Shown one piece after another: positions 9,464 to 18,551 of a DNA stretch of 64,000 nucleotides. The stretch is from assembly GCA_038064455.1 (NCBI GenBank), contig JBBTTB010000005.1, positions 21,983 to 85,982 on the forward strand, in the 5' to 3' direction. Source of the DNA: Patescibacteria group bacterium. Lineage in GTDB: Bacteria > Patescibacteriota > Minisyncoccia > 2-02-FULL-40-12 > GWA2-44-9. The notes under the pieces were generated by a model. That model saw nothing but the letters and a program-made list of their open reading frames with translations. It searched no databases and was not told the origin of the DNA. Positions within the stretch are counted from its first letter, which is position 1, and the number at the start of each line of letters is the position of its first letter. A program made the translations under genes and the position numbers.

Positions 9464-10933
9464 ATGCCTTTGGACGATATTCGTGATGGTCGCGTAGCAA
9501 AGCGCGCGCATCTTCTCGCATCACAGCAAGACCCATATCCCGCACACACCTCCCGCACGCACACTATTCGTGCGGTGCTTGATTCTTTCGATTCTTTGAA
9601 TGCAGAAGCAGCACCGCTCGTACTTGCGGGGCGCGTGATGGCTCGTCGTGAACATGGCGGCGCAATGTTCCTTGATCTCATGGATGCAAGCGGCACGTTA
9701 CAGCTTCACGCAACGCGTGATGCGCTGGGTGACGCTGTCTATGCGCTCCTTACCGAGACACTCGATATCGGAGATATCATCGAAGCGTCGGGCACTGTGT
9801 TTGTTACCAAGCGTGGCGAGCGAACGCTCGAAGTGCGCGGTGCGCGCATGCTTACCAAAACACTCTTGCCGTTGCCAGAAAAGTGGCATGGCCTGCAAGA
9901 CGTCGAAGAGCGCTACCGCAAGCGCTACCTCGATATTTTATTAAACACCTCCGTGCGTGAAAAGATGATCACACGCTCGCGTATCGTACAAGCAATGCGG
10001 AGCTTCATGCAGACGCACGGGTTCCTTGAAGTGCAGACGCCAACGCTCCAGCCGCTCTATGGCGGTGCATCCGCGCGCCCGTTCAAGACGCACATGCACG
10101 CGTTAGATATAGACCTCTACTTGCGCATCGCTCCAGAGCTGTACTTAAAGCGCTTGCTGGTTGCGGGCTTTGAGCGCGTGTGTGAATTCACCACGAACTT
10201 CCGCAATGAGGGCATCGATCGAGACCACAACCCAGAATTTTCTGGCATGGAGTTTTATGCCGCGTTCCAAGATCTTGATTGGGCGATGACCTTTACCGAA
10301 GAGCTTATGGCGCACGTGTTGGAATCATTGCAATTAGGCACCGCCACAACTTACCAAGGCACAGAAGTGCACTGGATGCGTCCGTTCGTCCGCGCTACAT
10401 TCTTCGAGCTCCTCAAAGAGCACGCCGGCGTTTCATATCTTGAAGCTTCAGAAGACGATATGCGAGCCGCGGCGCAGAAACTTGGTGTCACCATAGAAAA
10501 GCACGTGACGAAGCCGGGCATTGCCGATGAGCTTTTCAAAAAAGTAGTACGTCCTAACCTCGTTGAACCCACGTTTGTTATCGAGTATCCGGTAGAGCTT
10601 CTCCCGCTCGCGAAGCGCATCCCAGAGCGCCCTGAAGTGGTTAGCGCTTTCCAATTCTATGCAGGCGGCCTCGAGCTTATTAAAGCATTCACCGAACTCA
10701 ATGACCCCATAGATCAACGTGAGCGCTTCGCAGGACAAGAAAATCAGCGCGCAAAGGGCGACGAAGAAGCACAGCGCATGGACGAAGATTTCATTCAGGC
10801 ATTAGAATATGGCATGCCACCAGCCGCCGGGTGGGGCATTGGCCTTGATCGTTTTGTCGCACTCCTTACCGACTCTCATTCACTGCGAGAAGTAATCCTT
10901 TTCCCGCTCATGAAGCCGCAAGAGAACGAATAA
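9464..10933 (+). CDS. lysS: lysine--tRNA ligase (class II)
   Basis: OB-fold N-terminal domain, FRNEGIDRDHNPEFSGMEFY (motif 2 region) and a C-terminal GWGIGLDR. Confidence 0.9.
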   Translation: MPLDDIRDGRVAKRAHLLASQQDPYPAHTSRTHTIRAVLDSFDSLNAEAAPLVLAGRVMARREHGGAMFLDLMDASGTLQLHATRDALGDAVYALLTETLDIGDIIEASGTVFVTKRGERTLEVRGARMLTKTLLPLPEKWHGLQDVEERYRKRYLDILLNTSVREKMITRSRIVQAMRSFMQTHGFLEVQTPTLQPLYGGASARPFKTHMHALDIDLYLRIAPELYLKRLLVAGFERVCEFTTNFRNEGIDRDHNPEFSGMEFYAAFQDLDWAMTFTEELMAHVLESLQLGTATTYQGTEVHWMRPFVRATFFELLKEHAGVSYLEASEDDMRAAAQKLGVTIEKHVTKPGIADELFKKVVRPNLVEPTFVIEYPVELLPLAKRIPERPEVVSAFQFYAGGLELIKAFTELNDPIDQRERFAGQENQRAKGDEEAQRMDEDFIQALEYGMPPAAGWGIGLDRFVALLTDSHSLREVILFPLMKPQENE

Positions 10934-10938
10934 CGTAT

Positions 10939-12213
10939 ATGCTCGACATTAAATTTATTAGAGAGAACGTAGACGCAGTAAAGAAAGCCATTGTACAAAA
11001 GGGCCTCACCCTTGATATCGCGGAACTTATTGCCGTTGACGAAAAACGCCGCACTGTAATGCAAAAGAGCGAATCTCTCCGCTCCGAGCAGAAAAAGACC
11101 GAGGACCGTGAAAAGGCGACTGCTTTAAAAGCTGAATTTAAAGAACTTGAGGCCGAGCTTGAGCTTATTGAAAAAGAGTACATGAGGTTGATGGCTCAAG
11201 TTCCGAATATCCCGTCAGAAGATACGCCAGTAGGGAAAGATGGGCATGATAATGTTGAAGTATTCAGCTCGGGCGACCTTCCGAAATTTGATTTTGAGCC
11301 AAAGGATCACATTGCATTAGCTAAGCGTTTGAATGTGATTGATTTTGAACGAGGGGCAAAGGTTGCTGGCTACCGTGGATACTATCTGAAAAATGAGGGC
11401 GCACAGTTAGCGCTGGCTTTAATGATGTTCGCGCTCAACAAAATGATTGCCAAAGGCTATCAGCCCATGATTCCGCCAACCCTCGTTAAGGGAGCGGCAT
11501 TATTTGGAAGCGGGTATTTTAAGGGGTTGGAATACGATCCCGCAGTAGATGAGATTTACGAAATTGCGTCTCAAGATCGTAATATGAGCGGGGAGCAAAG
11601 TAAAGAAAAGAAGTTTCTTGTGGGCACAGCCGAGCCCTCTCTTCTTGCGTACTATGGAAACGAGATAGTAAAGGAAGACGACTTACCCATTCGTATAGCT
11701 GGCTTTAGTCAGTGTTATCGGAGCGAGATTGGTAGTTACGGAAAAGACACCAAGGGCTTATATCGCGTCCATGAATTCATGAAGGTGGAGCAGGTGGTGA
11801 TAACAACCGCCGATGTTGCAGATAGCGACAAGCTTCAGCAAGAGATGACTCAGATCACCCGTGAGATTCATGCCGACCTTGGTTTGCCGTTCCGACAAAT
11901 TCAAATCTGTACTGGTGACATGGGGTTAGGCAAATACAAAATGTTTGATACTGAAGTCTGGCTTCCTGGCTCAAGGCGTTGGGCTGAAACAGGTTCGGCG
12001 AGCAACTTTTTAGATTGGCAGGCGCGTAGATTAAACATTCGATATACAACAAAGTCTGGCGAAAAGAAATTCGCGTATCTTTTGAATAACACCGCACTTC
12101 CAACCCCTCGTCCATTGATAGCAATTCTGGAGAATTACCAAACGAAGGACGGCACAATAAAAATTCCAGAAGTTCTTATCCCGTACATGGGGGGTAAGAA
12201 AGAAATCGTTTAA
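10939..12213 (+). CDS. serS: serine--tRNA ligase
   Basis: N-terminal coiled-coil (MLDIKFIREN...) and a class-II core (FSQCYRSE, GSASNF). Confidence 0.9.
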   Translation: MLDIKFIRENVDAVKKAIVQKGLTLDIAELIAVDEKRRTVMQKSESLRSEQKKTEDREKATALKAEFKELEAELELIEKEYMRLMAQVPNIPSEDTPVGKDGHDNVEVFSSGDLPKFDFEPKDHIALAKRLNVIDFERGAKVAGYRGYYLKNEGAQLALALMMFALNKMIAKGYQPMIPPTLVKGAALFGSGYFKGLEYDPAVDEIYEIASQDRNMSGEQSKEKKFLVGTAEPSLLAYYGNEIVKEDDLPIRIAGFSQCYRSEIGSYGKDTKGLYRVHEFMKVEQVVITTADVADSDKLQQEMTQITREIHADLGLPFRQIQICTGDMGLGKYKMFDTEVWLPGSRRWAETGSASNFLDWQARRLNIRYTTKSGEKKFAYLLNNTALPTPRPLIAILENYQTKDGTIKIPEVLIPYMGGKKEIV

Positions 12214-12214
12214 T

Positions 12215-13039
12215 ATGCCTGTACGTCCTCTCGCATCAACGTCCGTGCGCACGTCGGACCGATTTGCACGTCGGAGGGAGCGTCGCGAACGCATCATGCG
12301 CTGGAGCTTTGGTTCCGCTGCCACTGTGGCTATTGTGGGAAGCGTGTACACACTCTTTTTCTCACCGTGGCTTTCCGTGCGCTCGATAGGTGTGGAGGGC
12401 ATGCAGTCACTGGACCAAGAAACGCTCCTCGCCCACATTCATACAGAACGTGAGCGCCGCACATGGGGATACGCGCGTGAGCACTATATGATCCTTGCGC
12501 GTCCCGATCACATCGCGGCATCATTGATTGCCGCATTTCCTATACTTGAGACTGTCACTACAGATAAACAGTTTCCCCATTCCATCACATTCACGGTGCG
12601 TGAGCGTACTCCCGTTGCGCGCTGGTGCGTTGGTGAAGAGTGCGCGCTCATCGATGCTTCTGCGGTACGCTGGGACCCAATAGGCAACACCGCGCCCGAT
12701 AGTCTTCCTATGGTTCGCGATATGCGAAATGGTATGCGCTGGCCCCAGAGCGATACTGCCATTCTCAATATCATCGACACGCTTCTCCCACAGTTTCGTG
12801 CGATGCAGATCGAACCACTCTCATGGGATCTTCCAGAAACAGCAGTTCCAGAGCTCCGCATTCTTGTTGCCGGAGGAAGTGAGCTACGCTTCAGCTTAGA
12901 AGACGACATACAAAAACAAATTACCGTGCTTGCGGTGTTTTTGCGCGATACACCCGGCACTATCGGAGCGTATCAGTATCTCGACATGCGCATTCCGGGG
13001 CGCGTCTACGTAAAGAAAAGGGGAGAAAATACGCCGTAA
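12215..13039 (+). CDS. ftsQ: cell division protein FtsQ/DivIB-like (TM + POTRA domain)
   Basis: Basic N-terminus, a single TM, and a POTRA-like region SIGVEGMQSLDQETLL...ITFTVRERTPVARW. Confidence 0.6.
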   Translation: MPVRPLASTSVRTSDRFARRRERRERIMRWSFGSAATVAIVGSVYTLFFSPWLSVRSIGVEGMQSLDQETLLAHIHTERERRTWGYAREHYMILARPDHIAASLIAAFPILETVTTDKQFPHSITFTVRERTPVARWCVGEECALIDASAVRWDPIGNTAPDSLPMVRDMRNGMRWPQSDTAILNIIDTLLPQFRAMQIEPLSWDLPETAVPELRILVAGGSELRFSLEDDIQKQITVLAVFLRDTPGTIGAYQYLDMRIPGRVYVKKRGENTP

Positions 13040-13040
13040 T

Positions 13041-13575
13041 GGGGGCTATTGACTCGCTCGCTGGGTATGCTATAATAGATACAGCCTCCTAGTTCTTTAA
13101 ACAACCGGGCCGCAAGGCTCGGAAAAAGCAAAGAAGCAGTATTCCTTGTTTTTTCCGGGTCTTGATCTGCAGGTCTCGCCTGGGCACTGAAGCTTATGGA
13201 TGGTCAACGCGACCATGGAAGCGGTTTGCCGACCTCTACCGTATCCTGAAGGCCTGTCAAGCAGGTCGATACGCCAAAAAGCTTATGAGGCTGGTGTAAG
13301 TGTTTCGTAGTCGTCGGTGCGCATGGAGACGGCCAAGCCGCAACAGTGCTCAAGCGTTCGATTCTCGACGACGGTCTGGCGGAGCGGCGCGCCTCTATAC
13401 TCCCCAGATTTCCTAATCCAGGCCAATCGGCCTTCAGCTCCTTTCTTCTCCGCCACCGGGCTATTAAGCCCTCCGACGTTCCCGTTTTCCGCAAGTCAGG
13501 GCCATCGAGCCCTTCCGTTGCGGGCCAGTAGGCCCGCCTGCCCCCCAAAGCTTTTTGCTGCGGGGGGTACTTTTT
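13041..13575 (+). ncRNA. candidate ~0.5-kb structured non-coding RNA, class unresolved
   Basis: A 545-bp gap holding only short, low-complexity ORFs. The 5' GGGGGC (13041) is complementary to GCCCCC near the 3' end. There are several GC-rich hairpins, including a GCAA tetraloop, and the gap ends in a strong intrinsic terminator (CCCCCCAAAGC-TTTTT-GCTGCGGGGGG + T6) at about 13537..13575. Confidence 0.3.
13049..13076 (+). promoter_or_regulatory. sigma70-like promoter (TTGACT-16-TATAAT)
   Basis: TTGACT at 13049..13054 and TATAAT at 13071..13076 with a 16-nt spacer, sitting in a 545-bp gene-free gap. Confidence 0.45.
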
Positions 13576-13584
13576 TATACAAAC

Positions 13585-15015
13585 CTACGGAAGTACGAGC
13601 ACGAGCGTGCCGTCAGAGATGCGCACCCTACTGTATTGCTCTGGAGAGAGATACAGAATGTTTTTGATCTGTTGCTGTTCTTCGGTGAACGTTTGCGTGA
13701 GGAAGCGGATCGGTGCGCTCTGGGCAGTAGTACGTGCAATAATGATCACCGGCCCGCCGTGTTCGCGGATGCGCTTGAGCATAGAGACATCATCAGCGCG
13801 ATAAAGCTCGCGGACATCAGGGTTTGTGCCCCAAATGACGTGCGCACGCACTGTTTCTGCAACGCCCATAGCGAGCACAAACGTGAGTGCAACCATAACC
13901 GCGGTCAAAGCTCCTTCCTGCACGTGCATGCTTCCGTGTGGCAAACGCACACTCAAATCATGAGGGTGCTTGGCGTGATACCAGTCAGCGAGGCGATCCA
14001 TGAACCACCACAGAGCTTGTCCTGCAAAGAGGAATACCACCGGCGCAATGCTCGCAAGGCGTATGGTTACGCGCAGATCATCGATGAGGGCTCCTCCCAC
14101 AAGGCCACAGAAGAACCATGCAACAAGAAGCGTGTGGGTCGGCGATACGTGGCTGCTTCCGTTGAGCTCCTTAAGGATCTTAATGATATTGCGCAAGAGC
14201 CCAGTGAGCGCGAGCGCAGCTACGGGCCAGAACACGAGCGAGCTTCCTACGATGCCATTCTGCCATTGCGTAATGCTAGGCATAAAAAGCCGCGCGAGCG
14301 CCGTGCGAACGCCGGCGCTCCAATCTGCAACAAGCGCGGTGCCTGCAGATGCGGGCAAAATGTTTTGTGCGCCAAAATATGAAACGAGCAAGAGCGCAAC
14401 AATACCAAAGAGAATAAATCCATTCCGCAGTGAATCATGCGCGCGTTGTGCACGAGCATCCTGCGTGTGTACACGCGTCATGTGGAAATACACCGCCGCG
14501 GCGATCGCGCCAGCAAGGAGCATGGGGCGTGCAAGGGTGTGTGTAGAGAGCGCCGCCGCCCAGATAATAGCCGCCGCCGCAAAGGTACCATGCGTGTGAG
14601 TAGCGAGGGCCATCCACAGCGCATAGAATCCCCACGTCGCAAAGAAGGCGAGGCTTGCTTCAGGGAGTGCGGTGCGTGAAATGAGGAAATACCAGAACGA
14701 ACCCGCGTAGAGAATGCTGGAAAGCGAAGCGATCTCCCACGAAAACAGTCTGCGTGCGAGGAAATAGAGGCCGGCAACCGACCCAATGCCAAAGAGAAGT
14801 GATGGAATGCGCGCTGCCCATGGGGTTGGGCCAAAAATGTGGATAGATACGTTTTGGAGTACGCCGTACACGCCGCTTTCTGGTTCTGCGAGAACGCGAA
14901 TAGCGTGTTGTGCTTCGCTACCAGAGATGCCAGCAGGAATACCACCGATATTAAACAACGAAACAACGAGCGTACCGAGGATAAGTGCGCCAAGCGCGAT
15001 TCGATGTAGATGCAT
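13585..15015 (-). CDS. GT-C fold membrane glycosyltransferase (ArnT/PMT, GT39/GT83-like)
   Basis: About 476 aa with roughly 11-13 TM helices and an N-terminal MHLHRIALGALILG...GIPAGISGSE loop typical of ArnT/PMT-like enzymes. Start chosen at the ATG at 15015; the listed 606-aa ORF carries a 130-aa low-complexity extension that overlaps the divergent gene. Confidence 0.6.
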   Translation of the reverse strand: MHLHRIALGALILGTLVVSLFNIGGIPAGISGSEAQHAIRVLAEPESGVYGVLQNVSIHIFGPTPWAARIPSLLFGIGSVAGLYFLARRLFSWEIASLSSILYAGSFWYFLISRTALPEASLAFFATWGFYALWMALATHTHGTFAAAAIIWAAALSTHTLARPMLLAGAIAAAVYFHMTRVHTQDARAQRAHDSLRNGFILFGIVALLLVSYFGAQNILPASAGTALVADWSAGVRTALARLFMPSITQWQNGIVGSSLVFWPVAALALTGLLRNIIKILKELNGSSHVSPTHTLLVAWFFCGLVGGALIDDLRVTIRLASIAPVVFLFAGQALWWFMDRLADWYHAKHPHDLSVRLPHGSMHVQEGALTAVMVALTFVLAMGVAETVRAHVIWGTNPDVRELYRADDVSMLKRIREHGGPVIIIARTTAQSAPIRFLTQTFTEEQQQIKNILYLSPEQYSRVRISDGTLVLVLP

Positions 15016-15089
15016 AATGGTAAAATATAGCACATTATGCGCAGGAGATGGGCTTGGACAAGTGGAAAGTGTGATATACTTTCCACTGT

Positions 15090-15485
15090 ATGAGTGAAGA
15101 AACACACGTCCAAATTGAGCAAGACATTCGTCGCCTTGAAAGTGAGCTCGCAAAGAAGCGTGCCACGCGCGATAGCGCCGTAGAGCAGAATGCAGGGGAG
15201 CAACATGATGACCAAGCGGCACTTCGTGAGGTAGTGCGTGAACACATTGTAGGTGCTCCAGCGCCAGCACCCGTTGAAGGGCACGGGCCCGCGGTTCCAT
15301 TAAACGATGATCAGGTTTCGCAGGTGCAAGCATTGGTACAAACAGCTCTTTCCGACGGTCTTGATGCCGCAGTGGTAGCCGCGCGCGCGACAAACAACCC
15401 TGCACTCATCGATGCTCTGCATGACGCGCTCGCGGACGTGTACTGGAAAGAAATGCTCCAGCGCGGTTTTGTAAAAGCACTCTAA
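15090..15485 (+). CDS. hypothetical protein (coiled-coil N-terminus, Ala/Pro-rich)
   Basis: 131 aa, divergent from the glycosyltransferase and directly upstream of the VirD4-like gene. Confidence 0.4.
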   Translation: MSEETHVQIEQDIRRLESELAKKRATRDSAVEQNAGEQHDDQAALREVVREHIVGAPAPAPVEGHGPAVPLNDDQVSQVQALVQTALSDGLDAAVVAARATNNPALIDALHDALADVYWKEMLQRGFVKAL

Positions 15486-15491
15486 TTCTTC

Positions 15492-17921
15492 GTGTCAGGT
15501 ATTTTTCTTATTGCTTACGGTGCGGTGTTTATACTCACGGCGGCTGCCGCGCTCGTATTTTTTGGCTCCCTCCGTGCGCGAGGACGTATTATGCGCGGCA
15601 TGGATATGTCGCTCTATCGCATCACGTTGCCACGTGAGGTCCAGCCAGCGCAAAAACAAGATCGCGAGCTGATCGCAGTGATGGAGCAACTCTTTGCTTC
15701 TATCACGAGTATCCACGCGCGCGGATGGAATAAGTTTATATACGGCGAGCCATACCTCGCGCTCGAGATGGCAGTGCACCACATGGGTGAAGACATTTTC
15801 TTTTATTGTGCCGTTCCTAAAAACTACGAAGCGGTATTCGTGAAGCAGGTACACGGCCTGTATCCAACTGCAGAAGTAGTGCAGTCTCCCGAATACACTA
15901 TTTTTCATCCGACGGGCGCATTTGCCGGATCATATCTCTCGCAAAAGAAAGAGGCCATTCTCCCATTCCGTACCTATGCGCGCCTTGAAAGCGATCCCCT
16001 TGGTGGCATTATTTCTGCGCTCTCAAAACTAGAAAAAGAAGGTGAGGGCGCGGCAATCCAGGTACTCATTCGTCCATCGCATCAAGAGAGCGTTCGTTCT
16101 CTCGCACAACGCGTCGCGCAGGAGATGCAGAAAGGCAATCCATTCAAAGAAGCTTTTTCACGCGCAACATCCAGCAAGAAAAAAGAACCAGAAGAATCGG
16201 CAAAACCAGCTACTGCATTTGAAGACGACGTCATTAAAGCGCTCCAGAGCAAAGCATCACGACCACTCTTTGATACCAACGTGCGCATTCTCGTGTCTGC
16301 CGAGACTCAAGATCGCGCCGACGCCATGCTGAACGACATTCAGTCGTCGTTTGTGCAGTTGGGGAGCCCAGATTTAAATGAACTGACGCCCGTTGGTTTG
16401 CGCGCTAAAGGGAAAGACAAACTTGCCTACGAATATGCATTCCGCATGTTCAACGATTCGTACACGATGCAGCTTTCCAGCGAAGAGCTTGCAAGCATCT
16501 ACCATTTTCCACTCCAACATAGTCAATCACCTCGCGTTGCGTTCTCGCATGTAAAAGCGGCAGAGCCACCCACAAATCTTCCAGAGCAAGGCATTATTCT
16601 GGGCGCGAATGTGTTCCGGGGTCAAGAACGCCCCGTGCGTATGACAGATTCAGATCGTCGTCGCCACCTCTACGTGGTAGGACAGACGGGCACTGGCAAA
16701 ACAACGCTCATGAAGCACATGATCGCGCAAGATATTCGTGCCGGGAAAGGCGTATGCATTATTGATCCCCACGGTGATTTTGCCGAATATGCGCTTTCAG
16801 TGATTCCGAAAGAACGCGTCGATGACGTTGTCTATTTCAATCCGGGAGACATTGATCGTCCGTTGGGCTTAAACATTCTTGAATTCGATCCCGCAAAGCC
16901 AGAACAAAAAACATTCCTTGCAAACGAGCTGTTGGCGATTATTAAATCGCTGTATAAATCACTTCCTGAAGCGTTCGGGCCGATGTTTGAGCAATACTTT
17001 AAGAACGCCATTTTACTCGTGATGGATGTCTACGAGCGCGCAGTGCGCGAGAAGGGTTCCAAAGAAGGATTAGAGCACCTCATTCCTACGATGGCGGACA
17101 TTCCGCGCATTCTCGTTGATGAAGACTATCGCCGCGAAAAGCTTGCGCTCGAAGATAACCCGCTCGTGAAATCATTCTGGGAACTGGAGGCAGAAAAAGC
17201 AGGTGGCGATGCGGCATTGGCCAACATGGCGCCCTACATCAACTCAAAGCTCAATCCATTTTTAGCGAATGACTATTTACGTCCCATTGTGGGGCAGAAG
17301 GTGAGCGCGTTTGATTTTCGTGCCATCATGGATGGAAAGAAGATTCTTATTGTAAATCTTTCCAAAGGCCGCATTGGCGAAATGAACGCGAACTTGTTGG
17401 GCATGATGATTGTCTCGCGCCTGCTTATGGCCGCACTTGGTCGCGTTGACCTGCCCGAAGAACAGCGAAACGATTTTTACCTCTACGTTGATGAGTTCCA
17501 AAACGTTACCACAGACAGTATTGCTACGATTCTTTCAGAAGCACGAAAATATCGCCTTGATCTCATCATCGCGCACCAGTACATCAAACAGATCCCCGAA
17601 GCAATCCGCGATGCCGTGTTTGGTAACGTCGGTTCGCAGATTGCGTTTCGCATTGGCTCCGATGACGCCGAAGCGTTGAAGAATAAATTTGAACCCGTGT
17701 TCACGCCTGCGGATCTTTCCAGCATCGACAACTTCAACGCGCATGTGCGTATGCTCATCGATGGGCAAAATGCGCGCCCTTTTTCCATTCAAACGATTCG
17801 TGAACCTGCGGGGGATCCTCGCTTAGTGAGCGCACTTGCAGAACTCTCTCGGTTGACGCATGGCCGTCCGCGTGCATTGATAGAGGAAGAATTGAAGAGC
17901 GGTTATCGAACCAATGCCTAG
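15492..17921 (+). CDS. VirD4/TraG/TrwB-like type IV coupling-protein ATPase with 2 N-terminal TM helices
   Basis: N-terminal TM pair, Walker A GQTGTGKT, Walker B LYVDEFQNV and IIAHQYIKQ, 809 aa. This architecture is that of T4SS coupling proteins. Confidence 0.55.
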   Translation: MSGIFLIAYGAVFILTAAAALVFFGSLRARGRIMRGMDMSLYRITLPREVQPAQKQDRELIAVMEQLFASITSIHARGWNKFIYGEPYLALEMAVHHMGEDIFFYCAVPKNYEAVFVKQVHGLYPTAEVVQSPEYTIFHPTGAFAGSYLSQKKEAILPFRTYARLESDPLGGIISALSKLEKEGEGAAIQVLIRPSHQESVRSLAQRVAQEMQKGNPFKEAFSRATSSKKKEPEESAKPATAFEDDVIKALQSKASRPLFDTNVRILVSAETQDRADAMLNDIQSSFVQLGSPDLNELTPVGLRAKGKDKLAYEYAFRMFNDSYTMQLSSEELASIYHFPLQHSQSPRVAFSHVKAAEPPTNLPEQGIILGANVFRGQERPVRMTDSDRRRHLYVVGQTGTGKTTLMKHMIAQDIRAGKGVCIIDPHGDFAEYALSVIPKERVDDVVYFNPGDIDRPLGLNILEFDPAKPEQKTFLANELLAIIKSLYKSLPEAFGPMFEQYFKNAILLVMDVYERAVREKGSKEGLEHLIPTMADIPRILVDEDYRREKLALEDNPLVKSFWELEAEKAGGDAALANMAPYINSKLNPFLANDYLRPIVGQKVSAFDFRAIMDGKKILIVNLSKGRIGEMNANLLGMMIVSRLLMAALGRVDLPEEQRNDFYLYVDEFQNVTTDSIATILSEARKYRLDLIIAHQYIKQIPEAIRDAVFGNVGSQIAFRIGSDDAEALKNKFEPVFTPADLSSIDNFNAHVRMLIDGQNARPFSIQTIREPAGDPRLVSALAELSRLTHGRPRALIEEELKSGYRTNA

Positions 17922-18525
17922 CTTATCTCGCCTCGACTATCTCGGCGCACTTATAACGGGTGCTACGACCGGCTGTATCGCATGGCAGATTTTTTCGTGG
18001 TTTGATATACCGCTTTATCTTGGGTTTTCATGGGCGTGGCTGGTTGTGCTCGTCCCCGTGCTTTGGCTACTCGGTGTGATCAAAGGCTACCTTTTAGGGA
18101 AATATGTTGCCCCCGTCTTCGCTGATTTTGGAAAATTTGTTGCCGTAGGTTCTACGAACGCCGCAGTCGATTTCGGCATTATGTATTTTCTCATTGCGCA
18201 GACTGGCATTGCCTCTGGCGGCTGGTTCTCTCTGTTTAAAACAGCTTCATTTATAGTTGCATTAGGCCACAGTTACACCTGGAACGCACTGTGGGTGTTT
18301 TCTAACCACGGCCGTGGTTTAAACCGCCGTGACTTTATTCGCTTTACTACCGTGGCGCTGGTTGCCCTCGCGGTGAACGTCGGCATAGCTTCATTCGTGG
18401 TGAATGGCATAGGACCTATGTTTGACCTCTCTCTGCGCGCCTGGGCCGGCGTAGGAGCTGTGGCGGGCTCTCTCCTCGCGCTCTTAGTGAGCTTCACCGG
18501 TTTTCGAAAGGTAGTCTTTGCGTGA
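17914..18525 (+). CDS. GtrA-family membrane protein (polysaccharide-synthesis associated) with extra N-terminal TM pair
   Basis: GtrA-like motifs FGKFVAVGSTNAAVDFGIMYFL and SYTWNALWVF. Its start overlaps the VirD4-like stop (ATGCCTAG). Confidence 0.5.
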   Translation: MPSLSRLDYLGALITGATTGCIAWQIFSWFDIPLYLGFSWAWLVVLVPVLWLLGVIKGYLLGKYVAPVFADFGKFVAVGSTNAAVDFGIMYFLIAQTGIASGGWFSLFKTASFIVALGHSYTWNALWVFSNHGRGLNRRDFIRFTTVALVALAVNVGIASFVVNGIGPMFDLSLRAWAGVGAVAGSLLALLVSFTGFRKVVFA

Positions 18526-18551
18526 CGCCCTCTTTCTGGTAAGGTGCCTCT

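Noticed and set aside
13041-13575. Specific identity of the ncRNA candidate as tmRNA, RNase P RNA or SRP RNA.
   Set aside because: The 5' GGGGGCU... superficially resembles a tmRNA start and AAGUCAGGGCC resembles the RNase P P4 strand. No tRNA-like T-arm/acceptor, no plausible tag ORF ending in hydrophobic residues, no GGAAAGUCCGG and no SRP GGAA/AGCAGC motif could be found by eye. The class is left open.
13317-13667. 116-aa and 61-aa + ORFs and a 114-aa minus-strand ORF in the ncRNA gap.
   Set aside because: They are low-complexity, overlap each other, and run through the terminator hairpin into the convergent glycosyltransferase gene. They are more likely non-coding.
15016-15405. 130-aa N-terminal extension of the glycosyltransferase ORF (listed 13585..15405).
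   Set aside because: The extension is Arg/His/Leu-rich and low-complexity, and it overlaps the divergent 15090..15485 gene and the intergenic promoter region. The ATG at 15015 begins the first TM helix, as expected for GT-C enzymes.
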